Positions 50,327-62,600 of a DNA stretch of 64,000 bases are shown here, one piece after another. How positions within the stretch are numbered: the first letter of the stretch is position 1; every line of letters starts with the position of its first letter. The translations under genes were made by a program, and so were the position numbers. This DNA comes from Octopus sinensis (taxonomy: Eukaryota), in the NCBI RefSeq assembly GCF_006345805.1, contig NC_043000.1:71424001-71488000 (forward strand), written 5' to 3'. The notes under the pieces were generated by a model. The model had not been told where the DNA came from and did not search any database. It worked only from the letters and a program-made list of their open reading frames with translations.

Positions 50327-50377
50327 CTGATGAATATTTTTGAGGTGTGTCTCAATGTATGAAATTATTAGTAGCTC
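50327..50377 (+). ncRNA. Degenerate type I hammerhead motif
   Basis: CTGATGA-atatttttgag/gtgtgt/ctcaatgtat-GAAA-ttatta-GTA-gctc; helix I broken; 3' half of a sibling at 49434-49470 (GAAA-CTA-t-TAG-TA-gctc). Confidence 0.4.
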
Positions 50378-50478
50378 ATAAAAACATGTATTGTATCTAT
50401 TAAATAATATTTATCTCTCATCAGATGGAGTACTTCTTTTGTTGATCTTACCATTATGGAACAGTGTGTTATATATAT

Positions 50479-50958
50479 ATTAATGACTTGTAGGCAAGTG
50501 GTATTTCGCTATGCAACCATAATATACTATAAAGTATATTAAATTATTTTTTCATGAGTCAACACTATGTTCTACTGTGTTAGCAGTGCTCTTTTACATT
50601 ATTTTGTTGAGGTTATTTCTAGCCAGCACTGATTTTTTGCTACGTTTCATATCGAGATGTCAGATATAAACAATGAGATTAGAAACAAAAATGGGTAATA
50701 AGTGTATATGCCATATTTCAGGGTTTGTTGGCCCTTCATCAGCACCCATCTAACCCACTCTTGCCTCTGAACACATTGCTTATATAGCCACCGCATACAG
50801 CGGTGTTAAGTTATTGGATATACCAATTTACATGTTAAATGCATTCCTGGGGTTGGTATGTAAATATTAATGACTTGTAGGCACGTGGTATTTCGTTATG
50901 CAACCATAATAAACTATAAAGTATATTAAATATTTTTATGAGTAAACACCACATTCTA
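50479..50958 (-). repeat. 387-nt unit with about 95-nt terminal direct repeat, containing a canonical hammerhead
   Basis: attaatgacttgtaggc..aaagtatattaaa..ttctact at 50479-50578 and 50866-50958. Confidence 0.8.
50698..50749 (-). ncRNA. Canonical type I hammerhead ribozyme (predicted)
   Basis: atgggtg-CTGATGA-AGGG-ccaacaaa-CCCT-GAAA-TATG-g-CATA-TA-cacttat; full core, 7-bp helix I (2 GU), perfect 4-bp helix II, palindromic helix III, AUA cleavage triplet. Confidence 0.8.
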
Positions 50959-50970
50959 CTTTATAGTATG

Positions 50971-52860
50971 CTAGCTGAATGACCTGGCTTTGCCTGGGTT
51001 ACTGCTATTCTTATTCAGATTAGTAAACAATAAATATGAAGATATACTCTTATAGTTATTTCAAAATATCTATATTTTATTAAAAAATATCTAAATTATA
51101 ATGATAATAGAATTTTGAACTGAAAATCTGTCAATGTTGAAGCATCTTGGGATAAACAATATGTATCATGTAATTTTTTGTTGGTGTCAAAATGAATAAA
51201 TTGTTGGTGCTTCCAAGTTGTGAGCAAGCAACAGAGTTGACTGTGGGAGAAGCATGTAGTAGAGAGATCAAGTGCAACTACCTTGAGGGATTGACCCAGA
51301 GGTTTGTTGATTGAAATACCAAAACTTAGTTTGACTGGAAACTGAAGCATCTTAAATTCAAATGGAACATCTATAGGTATGAGAGGAATTTTTGGAATGA
51401 AGACATTTTCTCTTTTGTGACTACCTGTTATGATTGTTGCCTATAGGACATGAGGCTTCATGGAAGTAACAATTAAGTGAGTTCCATTACACAGGTAAGA
51501 TGGGGCAAGATTCCTAAGCAACATAATGGGAGCACCCAGTTTTAGTATCAAGTTATGCAGTGACATCCCAGTGGGTTTAAGTGTGTTCAGAAATTCAACA
51601 AGATATTGAACAACCTGATCTTGATCGACTGTTGTCAATTGATCGAAAAGTCATTTCTGATGCATTTGTTAAATTTTGAAGAAGTTCATCATGATTGAGT
51701 TTATCAACCACTTCATTAATTGGAGCTGGTATAGCTATTTTACATAGCCAGTTTATATCAATGTAATTGCCTGATAAATTAGGAAATACTTTATCCATAA
51801 GATCCCTAAGAGAACGTATCATTTGATCGCATGTAATTTCTCATAGCTGAAGTCTTGAGTTGAATGCTAATATCCCATTACCAATCTTAAAAAGCTTGTA
51901 TGATCATGTTGTAGAAGTGGTCTCATGTTGCTTGTAAGATGAACTTTTTTCACATGTCTCCAAAGGTGCGATTTTTGTAAGCATGCATTGACCTCGTCAG
52001 CTTTTGGATCCTTTTGGGGATAACTGGCAACGTTTGATGAAAATCTCTTGCAAAAAGAACTGTTACTCCTCCCATGAGTGTGCTATTGTTTTTTATATCT
52101 CGGAGGCTATGGTCAAGTACCTCTAGAGCTCCACAATGTGACATAGTGCATTCATTCCAATCAATCAGGCAAGTTTGTTGGAGAACTGTTGCTATTGCAG
52201 AATTTTTGGAAATGTTGCACATCTGAGATTCTTTCATTGCAAGGTTTAGAGGGAGCATGAACATGGAATGAGCAGTTCTTCTCACATTGAGGAGGGTAGC
52301 TGCAATACCAGAAGATGCAATACTGGAAGAAGGTTAGATTTTATTTCCTCCCATTTAGGACTGCAGGTTAAAGTGACAAAAAGATCAGGTTTTCCATATG
52401 TCCTGACATATGTCATAGCATCTTGTGTTTGTTTGTGCATATATTGAGGACCACTTGTGAATGATGGTGGGAGGATTATAAGTTGCCCCATGTTTTGAAT
52501 ATCACCATCTGTCCTCAGAGCATCTTGGAGATGAACATAATTTTTAGCCCTTAACTGTTTTTGATTGTTACAAATGTAGAGGAGACACTGACTCTCAATT
52601 TTAACATACATACCAACCAGGTATTGCTGAAATAGATCACGATACACATGTAATTTATTTGATTGTTTTGGTCTTGATATCACTTGATAAGAATAGAAGT
52701 CACTTGACACCTTTTTGTTTATAATTGGCTCTCATGTTGCAAGTTTAATCTGTGAAATATTGAAATGATACCCATCTTGTCCATTCCACAAAATAAGAGG
52801 ATATTGGAGAACATGATAAGGGGGATGAGTCTCTGAAACACGTTTAAGGTTGTTATCTCA
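50971..52860 (-). mobile_element. Autonomous-type Helitron relic (Rep plus Pif1 helicase), internally deleted
   Basis: Rep: LFQQYLVGMY..LPPSFTSGPQYM..YGKPDLFVTLTC; helicase: MGGVTVLFARDFHQTLPVI, PIMLLRNL..LCNGT, LQFPVKLSFGISINKPLGQSL..CFSHSQL; 3' end acccaggcaaagccaggtcattcagCTAG. Confidence 0.93.
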
Positions 52861-53103
52861 AGCATGAATGAGAATATCACAATTTTCATGGGGATCACCT
52901 ACTATAATGATGTGGGCTCATTAAAATGGTGTAAAATGTCCTTTACTATAGACATAACGAACACAGAAACACACACACACTCACAGACACATAGACACTC
53001 ATACACTTATGTATATGTATGTGTAGATGTGTGCATATGTTTAATTGTCTGAGGCCTAATGTACAAAAATTATCACACATAATCTGACATACATACACTA
53101 AGA

Positions 53104-53972
53104 CAAGGTGGTACCAAAATGTTCCCAGACTAGTTCTGTAGCATGCCAACAAATGGCAGCACACTGTTGCATGCAGAGTGAGAGCTTGTAGTGACCTTCA
53201 CGAGGCAGTATGCTGAGTGACATTGTTGTGTTTATTTCATGAGTTGTGAAATTTGTGATTTTCTGATCATGTGTATGCTGTAGCCTGTTATTTTGTCAAG
53301 ACAGGAACAAAGAGGCAACATGAAATTTTGCTTTAAACTTGAGAAGTCTGTTACAGAGACATTGGGTATACTTCAGCAAGCTTATAGTGATGAGGCAACG
53401 GGCCGTATGCAATGTTTCATGTGGCATGGGCACTTCAAAAGCAGAAAGAATGTCCTTGGAAGACAATGAGTGATCTAGAAGACCTGCATGAATGTCACCC
53501 CTGGGAATGCTGTATTGCGCAGTGAGAATTTGTCCCTAAATGCTAGACTTTCAATCGAGAGTTCTACCACAATGCTTTACGTGTTTAAAAGAGGATGTTC
53601 AGTGAAGAATTATATTCTTCACTGAACTCTCCTCACTTGTGAGTTTCTCACCAAAAACAACATGGTATTGCTTCTGCACCCACCCTATTTACCAGATTTA
53701 GCACCTGCAGACTTTCATCTCTTCCCCAAGATGAAAATGCAGCTCAAAGGTCACCGTTTTAACACTATTGTCAAGATTGAAAGTGAATTACAGAAGGTCC
53801 TCTATTCACTTATGGAAAACAACTTCCAGGTTGAATTCCAAAATTGGCAGGAGTGCTGGAACTGGTGTATTGCTGTGCAAGCTGACTATTTTGAAGATGA
53901 TGTAAAAACTTAGGTAAATAAGTTAGTTTTTATGAAACATAACTAGTCTGGGAACCTTTTGATACCACCCCC
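53104..53972 (+). mobile_element. Internally deleted mariner relic
   Basis: About 30-bp TIRs (ggtggtaccaaaatgttcccagactagtt / aactagtctgggaaccttttgataccacc); MKFCFKLEKS.. N-terminus and HPPYLPDLAPADFHLFPKMK C-terminus. Confidence 0.88.
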
Positions 53973-53990
53973 TATATATTTATATATATG

Positions 53991-54420
53991 TCTATATATA
54001 TATAAAACTGAGAATGTGTGTCTGTCTGTGTGTTTCCCTAAAACTTGAGAACTACACATTTTTAACTTTTTGCCTAGGACAAGTCCACAGCAATATCATA
54101 TCTTCTCCACTACGATTCCCTAAAACTTGAGAACTACACAACCAATTTCATTCAAATTTTACACATGCCTTACTTAGGGTCCATATAGTTTCATGGGCAA
54201 AAAAAAAGTTCAACTTCTTGCCTAGAGCGAGCCCATAGCAATATCATATTTTCTCCACTATTTCAGTATTACGTGTTAAAAGTGAAACAAAAACATTTCT
54301 CTATTTTATGTCAGATACTTTCACTTTAACAATAAAAATTAGAGATAATAATAACAATTGAATTATATGTAGTAAGTAATAATTAAAATCAAACTAAAGT
54401 ATAATATAATCGTAACATAA
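53991..54420 (+). mobile_element. Non-autonomous Helitron 5' portion
   Basis: TCtatatatatataaaactgagaatgtgtgtctgtc start resembling the other Helitron 5' ends; 3' end uncertain (possibly the hairpin-CTAG at 55615-55655). Confidence 0.55.
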
Positions 54421-54974
54421 CAAAAGTAAAAATAGCAATTGGTATAAAATTGCATCGATAACTTCAACTTGAATAAGTGGTTTCACATGAATGGGAATAA
54501 ATGAAAAATAAAATTAGCATGCAGAAATGGAATAGTCCAGATGGGGCTGTGCACATACCGTTTACCACGGCTTTTACATTAGATTATCTGCTAATTAGCT
54601 AGCATTAAGTATCTATATGAAGTTTGGCTGTATGTAATGTCTGTTTTCTCAAACAGCCACTTCTACTGAGTACTGCTGTTGGTTTATTTCTTATACATAA
54701 AGGACTATAGCTTCAACTGCGTACTGCTTTTTGATTCACCGTAAGGTTTGTTGTTATTATTATTACTGTTTAACTATTGTTATCAAGTTTGTTGGTTCCT
54801 CGGAAGGGAAATGTTGTTGTGTTGCATTTGTTAAATAATTGTAAACTGTAACCCTCCCCCTTTGGGAGAAGGAGCTTTGGTTATTGTTTAAAATTTGATC
54901 CCTGTTTGGGGAACTTGACAATATTTTCACCGTTTATACGGAAGCATTTTTGTTAGAATGCCTTCGATAGAAGA

Positions 54975-55500
54975 AAGTCCAAAAATGAATTTCGCTGCAG
55001 CCGTTGGTGGGCGCGAACTCATTAAAATTAAAATGGAAGAACTACAAACCTATTTCAGATTGATTACTGACAAAGACGGTGAATCTAGGATAACACCACC
55101 AAACGAAATAAAAAAATTAAATTAAAGAAAAGATTATCGTCTATAAAGTATACAATGTGGAGAAAAAAAAGATTTGAACACCTGGAGGAAACCACCATCG
55201 AAAAGTGTCTTGGTGTGACTATGAAAGATATCTAACCAGAGGCAGTAAATTCGCCACAGTAGAAGCAAGGTTTGAGTCAATGGAGCGTGCAAGGGAGTAC
55301 TCGACTTGAACCTTGCGAAGTGGAAATATTTTATTTTTACCTTTATATCTGGGACATAGGACGTCCCAGATAAAAATTTAAAATGTCCCCCCAGAAGTAG
55401 AGGTAGGCTGGATTGTAGCCACACTTCTATACAAGAGGACAAGATACAATTGATCGAAATTGCAAGAGACGGGCCTATAATTCCAGTCTGTTATATATTT
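54975..55500 (+). pseudogene. Possible LINE ORF1-like coding relic
   Basis: Coding-like, CpG-retaining segment (MNFAAAVGG..MEELQTYFRLITDKDGESRITPP..FATVEARFESMERARE) with frameshifts; family not assigned. Confidence 0.3.
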
Positions 55501-55670
55501 TGAGTATTGTTATCACTAGCGATATCAAGATATAACTTTGTATATTATATTTTATGTGTAGATGTATATATATATATATAGATGTACATGTAATATGTAC
55601 ACATATATACATGCACTAGCACTATGACCCGGCAACAACAGGTCATAATGCTAGTATATATATATAAACA

Positions 55671-55858
55671 TATATTTCTTAGGAAGTTAAAAATAATGGT
55701 TGGTCATAGAGAAACCATTGGTTTCACACCTACAAAGCACTTAGCCATATAGGTGACTCATCTGAATCAAATGGCTGAAGGCAAAGCACTTTATAGGTGC
55801 AAAACCAATGGTCACTCTATGACTGGCCATAACTTTTAACTTCCTAAAAAAATATACA
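55671..55858. mobile_element. MITE-like element with about 70-bp inverted arms
   Basis: tatatttcttaggaagttaaaa..ccattggttt..cacct versus the reverse complement at 55786-55858. Confidence 0.7.
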
Positions 55859-56639
55859 TTACTACTTTAGAGTGTGCTTCTTTTTGGATATATGATATAC
55901 TGACGACATCTAACCATATATATGTGTGTGTGTGTGTGTTATATATATATATATATATATAAATGTATGTATATATATATATAGAGCGAGAGAGAGAGAG
56001 AGAAAGTTAATAGTGGGGAATTATCAATCCAGGCAAAATTCTTCATAAGCTTTCTGTTGGAACACCAGGCTAACAATATTACTTAGATTAGTGAAAAACT
56101 CCAGATAATCTTTTGACAGGGTCCAAAGTTATGGTTCATCACAATTCTATATTGTAAATCCATGGTTGGGCTACAGACAAAATGGTTTTTACAGAGTGAT
56201 ATATAAAACAAGTTATAGATAATGGTGATATCTGTGGATACATTGTGTTCATATGGTATGTATAAGCGCTTATATTTATATATTTCTGGCTATGTTTGCA
56301 TTCACAAATGGAAAGCATGTTACAGCACTGACCATGAAATCATTTCGATATGCAACTGAACCTTCAAAAAGAATTTTTTCTTTGTTCATTCCCTCAACTT
56401 CAGTGCGTGTGTATATTTGATAATGTAGTTTGACTTTAGTGTCCCTTTCCAGCATGTGGCTTAACTTATAGTAACAGCTCTTAAAGTAATAATGTATTTT
56501 AAAAAATTATATACTTTGTATTAATTTTTTTACCTTAATTGATTTTACATGCTGGCTACTCCATAAAATCTTATATGGATTTTATACTTATATTTTATTT
56601 ATGTATATGCATAGATAAAATATATAACAATCTGAACAC

Positions 56640-58140
56640 AGACAGGTGTTGTAAAGTGTAACCGGTAGAGCGAAAATGGCAAAAGACCAGGGTGTCATTG
56701 CCAAGTCTGATGTTTCACAGGTGTTGTGCGAACCAGTTAGCCAAGCGGTGTCCCATTTGACTGAAGCACAGAAAAGGACAGAGAGAGCAGGAGATGGAGT
56801 AGATGACGTTGCTAGAAGTGCAGGTGAAGGAGTCAGTGATATTATAGGGTCGATGATGGGTGCTGGTGAGGATGGTGCTATTGGAGAGATAAGGGCAAGT
56901 GCGGCAGCATGGGTGGGAGCAGGGGAACGAGCCAGGTTGGGAGGTTGGGTTAGAGAAGAAACTGTCGACCAGGAGGTCATGTATGGGCTCGTTTGGAGTG
57001 ATAGGGGTTGGTTAGAGAAGATGTGTGAAGTGGAGGGATCCGACTGGAGTTGCCGGAAGGCTCAGAGAATGGTGCATTGGAGAGGTAGGGTGGAAGAGTG
57101 GAAGGTGAAGGGAAACAGGAGATGACAGGGTGGGTGCGGGGGGAGAGAGTAGATGCACGGTCCACAGAATGTGCTTGGGCAAGGGCAGTGTGGATTGTGG
57201 TGAGGGGTTATCCATGTAGGATGAAGTTGCAAGCCATGACTTGAGACTGAGTCTCAAAGTCATGGTTGTCACTGCAGAGCCTGCGCAGATGGAGGAACTG
57301 GGAATAGGAGATGGAGAGCTTGTTTAGGGTGGGAGGAGGAGAAGTTGAGGTATGAGTGTGAGTCTGTGTGTTTGTAGTGGATGGAGGTAATGAGAGTAGA
57401 GTGATGAATGCTGACTGAAATGTCGAGAAAAGCAACGGAAGTGCAGGAGAAGTGGAGGGCAGGATGGAAAGAGAGGAAGTTGTCAATATAATGACCATAT
57501 AGTTCGGGAGTGGAACCAGTGAAACTTGAGAATATTTGGGCCTCAACGTATCCAACAAACAGGTCCACATAGTTGGGGCCCATACTCATTCCCATGGCCA
57601 CTCCCAAGAACTGCTGGTAAAAATCACCCACGAACGAGAAGCAGTTAGGGGAGAGAACAAGTTTGGCCAGATGAAGAAGTGTGGATGTGTCAGAGGTCAA
57701 GGTAGTGTTGGAGTGTACGAAACCCCTCGTGGTGAGGGATCACTGTATATAGACTCTTGATGTCAAGAGCGAAGAGAAGTTTAGAGGGGCCAGGAGGGAA
57801 GGAGAAAGAGTTGAACAGATGAAGAGCATGGTTGGTGTCATGGATGTGAGAGAGGAGGGAAGACACTAGGGGAACAAGGACATTGTCAAGATATCTGGAG
57901 ATGAGCTTGGTGGGGCAGTTGCAGGCAAAGATGATGATGTGGCCAGGGATGTTAGGTTTGTGGATTTTGGGAAGTAAATTGCGGGGGTGCGAGAGGTGCA
58001 GACAATGAGGTTGGATGCGGTGGGGGGAGATGAGGTCATGGATAGTGGAGGACACCATCTGTTGGTAGCTGGGCATGGGGTTGGAGGGCAGTAGAAGGTG
58101 TCTTGAAGTTGGTGGAGAGCTTTGGCCTTGTAGAGGTCTG
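56640..58140 (-). pseudogene. Penelope-like element RT plus GIY-YIG relic
   Basis: LPKIHKPNIPG..ISRYLDNVL..LDIKSLYTVIPH, GVAMGMSMGPNY..YID, FLDISV..YKHTDSHSYLNFSSSHP, YSQFLHLRRLCS, FTCTSSNVIYSISC. Confidence 0.92.
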
Positions 58141-58149
58141 CACATCACA

Positions 58150-58975
58150 CCACCACCCTTTTATTCACTTAGTTTTATATGTTTACACTTTTATTGCCTT
58201 CAAAGTATTCTCCATTTGAAGTAATGTATTGGTCCAGGTGCATTTTCCACTATTTGAAGCACTACTGAAACTCTTGTGAAATGATGCCTTTTAACACTGT
58301 CATTTTTTTCTTCACCTTTTCCACATCTGCAAATTCTGTAGCATAAGCTTTTGTCACCAGTGATGATCTTTGAAAAAAGGTCCAAATCAATTTCCAGCTG
58401 TTTTTTCAGTTCACGTCATGCATTCCATCATGACTGCTTTTGATCTTCTGTGAGTAAGCAAGGCACAAATTTTGCTGCAACTCTTTTCATTTGCAATTCC
58501 TTGCTCAAAATTAGCTGGCAGGGGCTCCAGTACACACCACTCTTATCAACAAGTTCATCAATTGTTCAGTGATGGTCCTCCAAGATCAATTCATGAATTT
58601 TCATTCATTCAAGAAGTTAAGTCGTTCTAAACTAGGTTGGTCTTCAAGCAACAGGTGACCATTCCTAAAGCATGGAAACCACTCATAAACTTGTGATTTG
58701 CTCATGGCAGCATCCTTGTAAGCTGTTCGAAGCATAACTATTTCAGCCACCATGTTTCTCAGTAGAAAGCAGAATTTCATGGAAGTACTCTCTTTCATTT
58801 CACCCATCGCAAAAATCGACGAACAGGGGAAAAGCATAGCAAAACAAAGACACATCATGTGGCAGTACAACCTTAGTAGAAGATACTGGTCAGCAGACTG
58901 ATGCCTTAGTGTTGCATCAAGTGGATTTGTACCACAGAGAACATTTCTGGTTACTTTTGGGTACCCCCTCATATA
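58150..58975 (-). mobile_element. Internally deleted mariner relic
   Basis: MGEMKE..MKFCFLL..AYKDAAMSKSQVYEWF..; C-terminal ITSNGEYFEG; only the 5' terminus (tatgagggggtaccc) is visible. Confidence 0.8.
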
Positions 58976-59099
58976 TATTAAATATATACATATTTAGACA
59001 CACATCTATATATACATATATATATGAAAACATGTATATACATAGTGGAATGAACAACAGAGCTCTGTGACAGATTATATTATCATTATGTATCTTATA

Positions 59100-59550
59100 C
59101 AAGGTGGTGAACTTGCAAAATGGTTAGCATGCTGGACAAAATGCTTTGTGGTATTTTTTTCACCTTGATGTTCTAAGTTCAAATTCCATGGAGGTCAACT
59201 TTGCTTTTCATCCTTTTGGGGTTGGATAAAATAAGTATCAATTGAGCACTGGGTTCAATGTATTTGACTTACCTGCTCCCATGAACTTGCTGGCCTTGTA
59301 CCAAAATCTGAAGCCATTATTATTTATTTTATTATCATTATTTATAAGGCAGCAAGCTGGCAATCCGGTAGAATATTTAGCACACTGGACAAAATGCTTA
59401 GCAGCATTTGTCCATCATTACAGTTCAAATTTTCCTTTCATCTTTTTGGGGGTCAATAAATTAAGTACCAGTAGAGCACTGATACTAATTTAATTGATTA
59501 GCTCCCTTCTGATAATTTCAGGGCTTGTGCCTATAGTAGAAAGGATTTTA
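59100..59550 (+). mobile_element. Two decayed SINEs of the 28875 family
   Basis: ggtggtgaacttgcaaaatggttagcatgctggacaaaatgc is a CpG-decayed version of ggcggcgagctggcagaaacgttagcacgccgggcgaaatgc; core gcttttcatccttttgggg retained. Confidence 0.75.
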
Positions 59551-61534
59551 TTATATTTATATATTTTCGTAAAATAAACATTTGGGCACCTTACCAATTG
59601 TCACAGCAACCACTTGTGATTCAAGTGAATACAAGATATCAGGAAGTTCCAATAGCTATTCTAGTGCTACAATAAATATCAGACATATTGAAGAGAATAG
59701 TTTACACATTAAAAGGATTAATTGATCTGTTGCAAGAACCTTCAGTGATTGTGTACCAGAAAACTTACAGATCATAGTTGCTTTGGAAACATTCCTAGGG
59801 ATTTCACTTTGCCTAATTTTATCTTCTCCATTCCATTTGATATAAAATATCATGTATACCTTCATTTCTCACAAGTGCTGTAAAGCAGTGGAAAGACAGA
59901 AAGATAACACAATACAAAATGTCTGTTTTATGGCTTTTAGCTACATTTTGAGTCTGAATCCCACCGAATTTCACTGTTTTCTTTATCCTCCCCAAGACAA
60001 TAAAATCAATGAGATCAATTGAATTGACTATAAGCTTTTTTTTTATAAATTCATGGTTTTGTTACAGATCAATTTAAAGGGACATATCCTTAATGATTAA
60101 TAAAAGTTTAACTATGGCTGTTCAGCAATATGAAAATCAATGTGACAACCAGAGCAAGTAGTGTTCATTTTACTAACCAGTTTGCTTCTGATGGTAACCA
60201 GGGCTGATATGGGTAAATAAACTTGATCAGTGTGTAAGTGGCATTGAGAATAATTATCTTCTTCATGGTGATAATCAACAGAAACAAAACATGACAGTGA
60301 CTGCAAGAATATTGGACAAAAATTATTTTTGACAATGGTACTGATAATGAATTTAGTTATGGATGATGATGGAGATGAAAGAGGTGTGTGAAAGCTGAGA
60401 AGAATATACAATTATTTCTAGACTAGAAATAGTCTGTGATTTGATACACTTACATAAGTTCATGAATATTTGACAATTGGTTATAATGTACAAACTCATT
60501 GTGTTTTTCTCAATTTGTTGATGGTTATTTTATGTCTGAGCATGATAGTTTTATATTTTGATGTAAACATGGATTCATTAAATATACTCTTTCTTCAACC
60601 TATAGATATTTCTTTATAGCTATATAGATTAATGGTATGCCCTCAGTTAAACGTCAGAAGTTTAAATTTCTACAAATGACTTAGTCTAATTCCATTAAGT
60701 ATTTAGGTTACATATTATAAAAGGAAATGTTCTTATTGTTACTACTTTTGATATATTTATAATAAACAACTCATTTTTCTGAAAACCAATTGAGCAACTG
60801 AAACTCATATGTCTTAATGAAAAGATATTTTTAGCTTACAGTTTTCATTCAAAGAAAATATTTTCAGTGCTAAGTTTGTCAATATTATAATTCCTCAGCA
60901 TTTCATTCACAAAGCTAAGAAAATGATCAGAAAGTTTTGCATAATATAAGTATGTTTCTTGTTTAGACATCTCACAAGTGATTCCTTCACCACCTCCGTA
61001 TAGCTGTCATATAAAACATACTTTTCATTTTGAAATCAAACTGACAGCGTCATGCAATTTTATGACAAAATTAGGGATACATTTGATTTGCTTGTTGTTT
61101 TCCTTTTATCACAACTGATATAGTTAGGAAAGAAGTAAAGCTTAGAAGTATAAATGTATTCTTCAAATATGAGATTTCCCATCACTAACAATTCTCTTAT
61201 AAGGGAACTAATATCCAATCTTCAAGCACTCAAAGGGCAAATGGATGAAAGTATCTTTCACATGGAAACTGCAATGTTCATAAGGTGTCAAAGCATAATT
61301 TATAAGTATCAATTTGGTAACCTTTCCAATCAGTCACCTATCATTAATTCCTTTATGTTATCAAGTTAATTTCATAAGCAATTCCTCTTCAGAAGCAAAT
61401 ACCCTCACAAAGTGTATCTGAGACAAGTCTGCTTGATAAAACCCAACCCTCTTCAAGCCATCTTTTATTTTTTACTTGTTTAAGTCATTAAACTGCATCC
61501 ATGCCAAGGCACAGTCTCAAGGAATTTTAGTCAA

Positions 61535-61838
61535 TCTAATCCATTCCAGTACTTATTTTTTTAAAACCTAGTACTTATTCTATTGATTTTTTTTGCCAAA
61601 CTGCTAAGTTACATGGATGTGAACACATGAACACCTGTTGTCAAGCAGTGGTGGACAAACACAGACAAAAAAGCACATAGGATACATATGACAGTCTTCT
61701 TTTAGTTTCCATCTACCAAATCCACTCAAAAGGCTTCAGGTGACCCGAGATTATAGAAGACACACTTGCCCAAAGTGCCTTGCAGTGGGAATGAACCTGG
61801 AACCATGTGGTTGGGAAACTCCTTACTACACAGCCACA
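61535..61838 (-). mobile_element. tRNA-derived SINE (5220 family), decayed
   Basis: Reverse-complement homology to 5220-5615. Confidence 0.75.
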
Positions 61839-62277
61839 TTTTGATATTTGAGATTTAAGTGTCTTGTTTAGAGATAAGATGTAGTTCCATTGACAAAATA
61901 CAGACTGCAGATTTCTAAACTGGTTGTTAACCTAATGACTCAATTTATTTCAGGAAGGAGTCAATGAAGGGTCTCTGTGTAATTTTTCAACTTGCTAAAA
62001 ATAACAGACAAACTTTCCTCAAATCACACACTGTCATCTTGAAACTGGAAATATACATTAAATAAAATAGTCCCATATACACTACCTGAAATAAAATGCA
62101 AAAAGGTCAGCTCATTCAGGCCTCACCTAGCACAAAACAACATTAGCATCACTGACATATTTAATAGGATGTCTACCATTGCATGTGTTACAAATCCAAG
62201 TCATAAAACACCAGCCAATCTGTTATATAGTGCCTGTGTTACCTACTGTACATCTAAAGCAAGATTGATTGTGTCAT

Positions 62278-62600
62278 TTCATCATCATCATTTAATGTCT
62301 TTGTTCCACACTGGCACGGCTTGGACAGTTTGATAAGATCATATGAGCTGGAGGACTGTGCTGAGCTCCAATGTCTGCTTTAGTATGGTTTCTATAGCTA
62401 GATGTCCTTAGAATACACTGGGTGCTTTTTTTTGTGACACTGGCACTAGTGAGATCAAGAAACTAGCAAGACAAGGCTCCTCAGCTGAGTGAGAGAGCAG
62501 GTGGTTTTGTGTCAGGTATTCAGAGGCTAAAGTGTGAGAGAGAATAGGAACAGGTATCTTGCTGTAGAGGAGATACATGGTTAGAACAGCTGAAAAGGGA
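62278..62600 (-). mobile_element. RTE-tail retroposon relic
   Basis: (CAT)n start and homology to 5630-6040. Confidence 0.6.

Noticed and set aside
61150-61420. Possible L1/Tx1 zinc-knuckle relic (HCSFHVKDTFIHLPFEC) on the minus strand
   Set aside because: One short motif amid stops; too weak to call.
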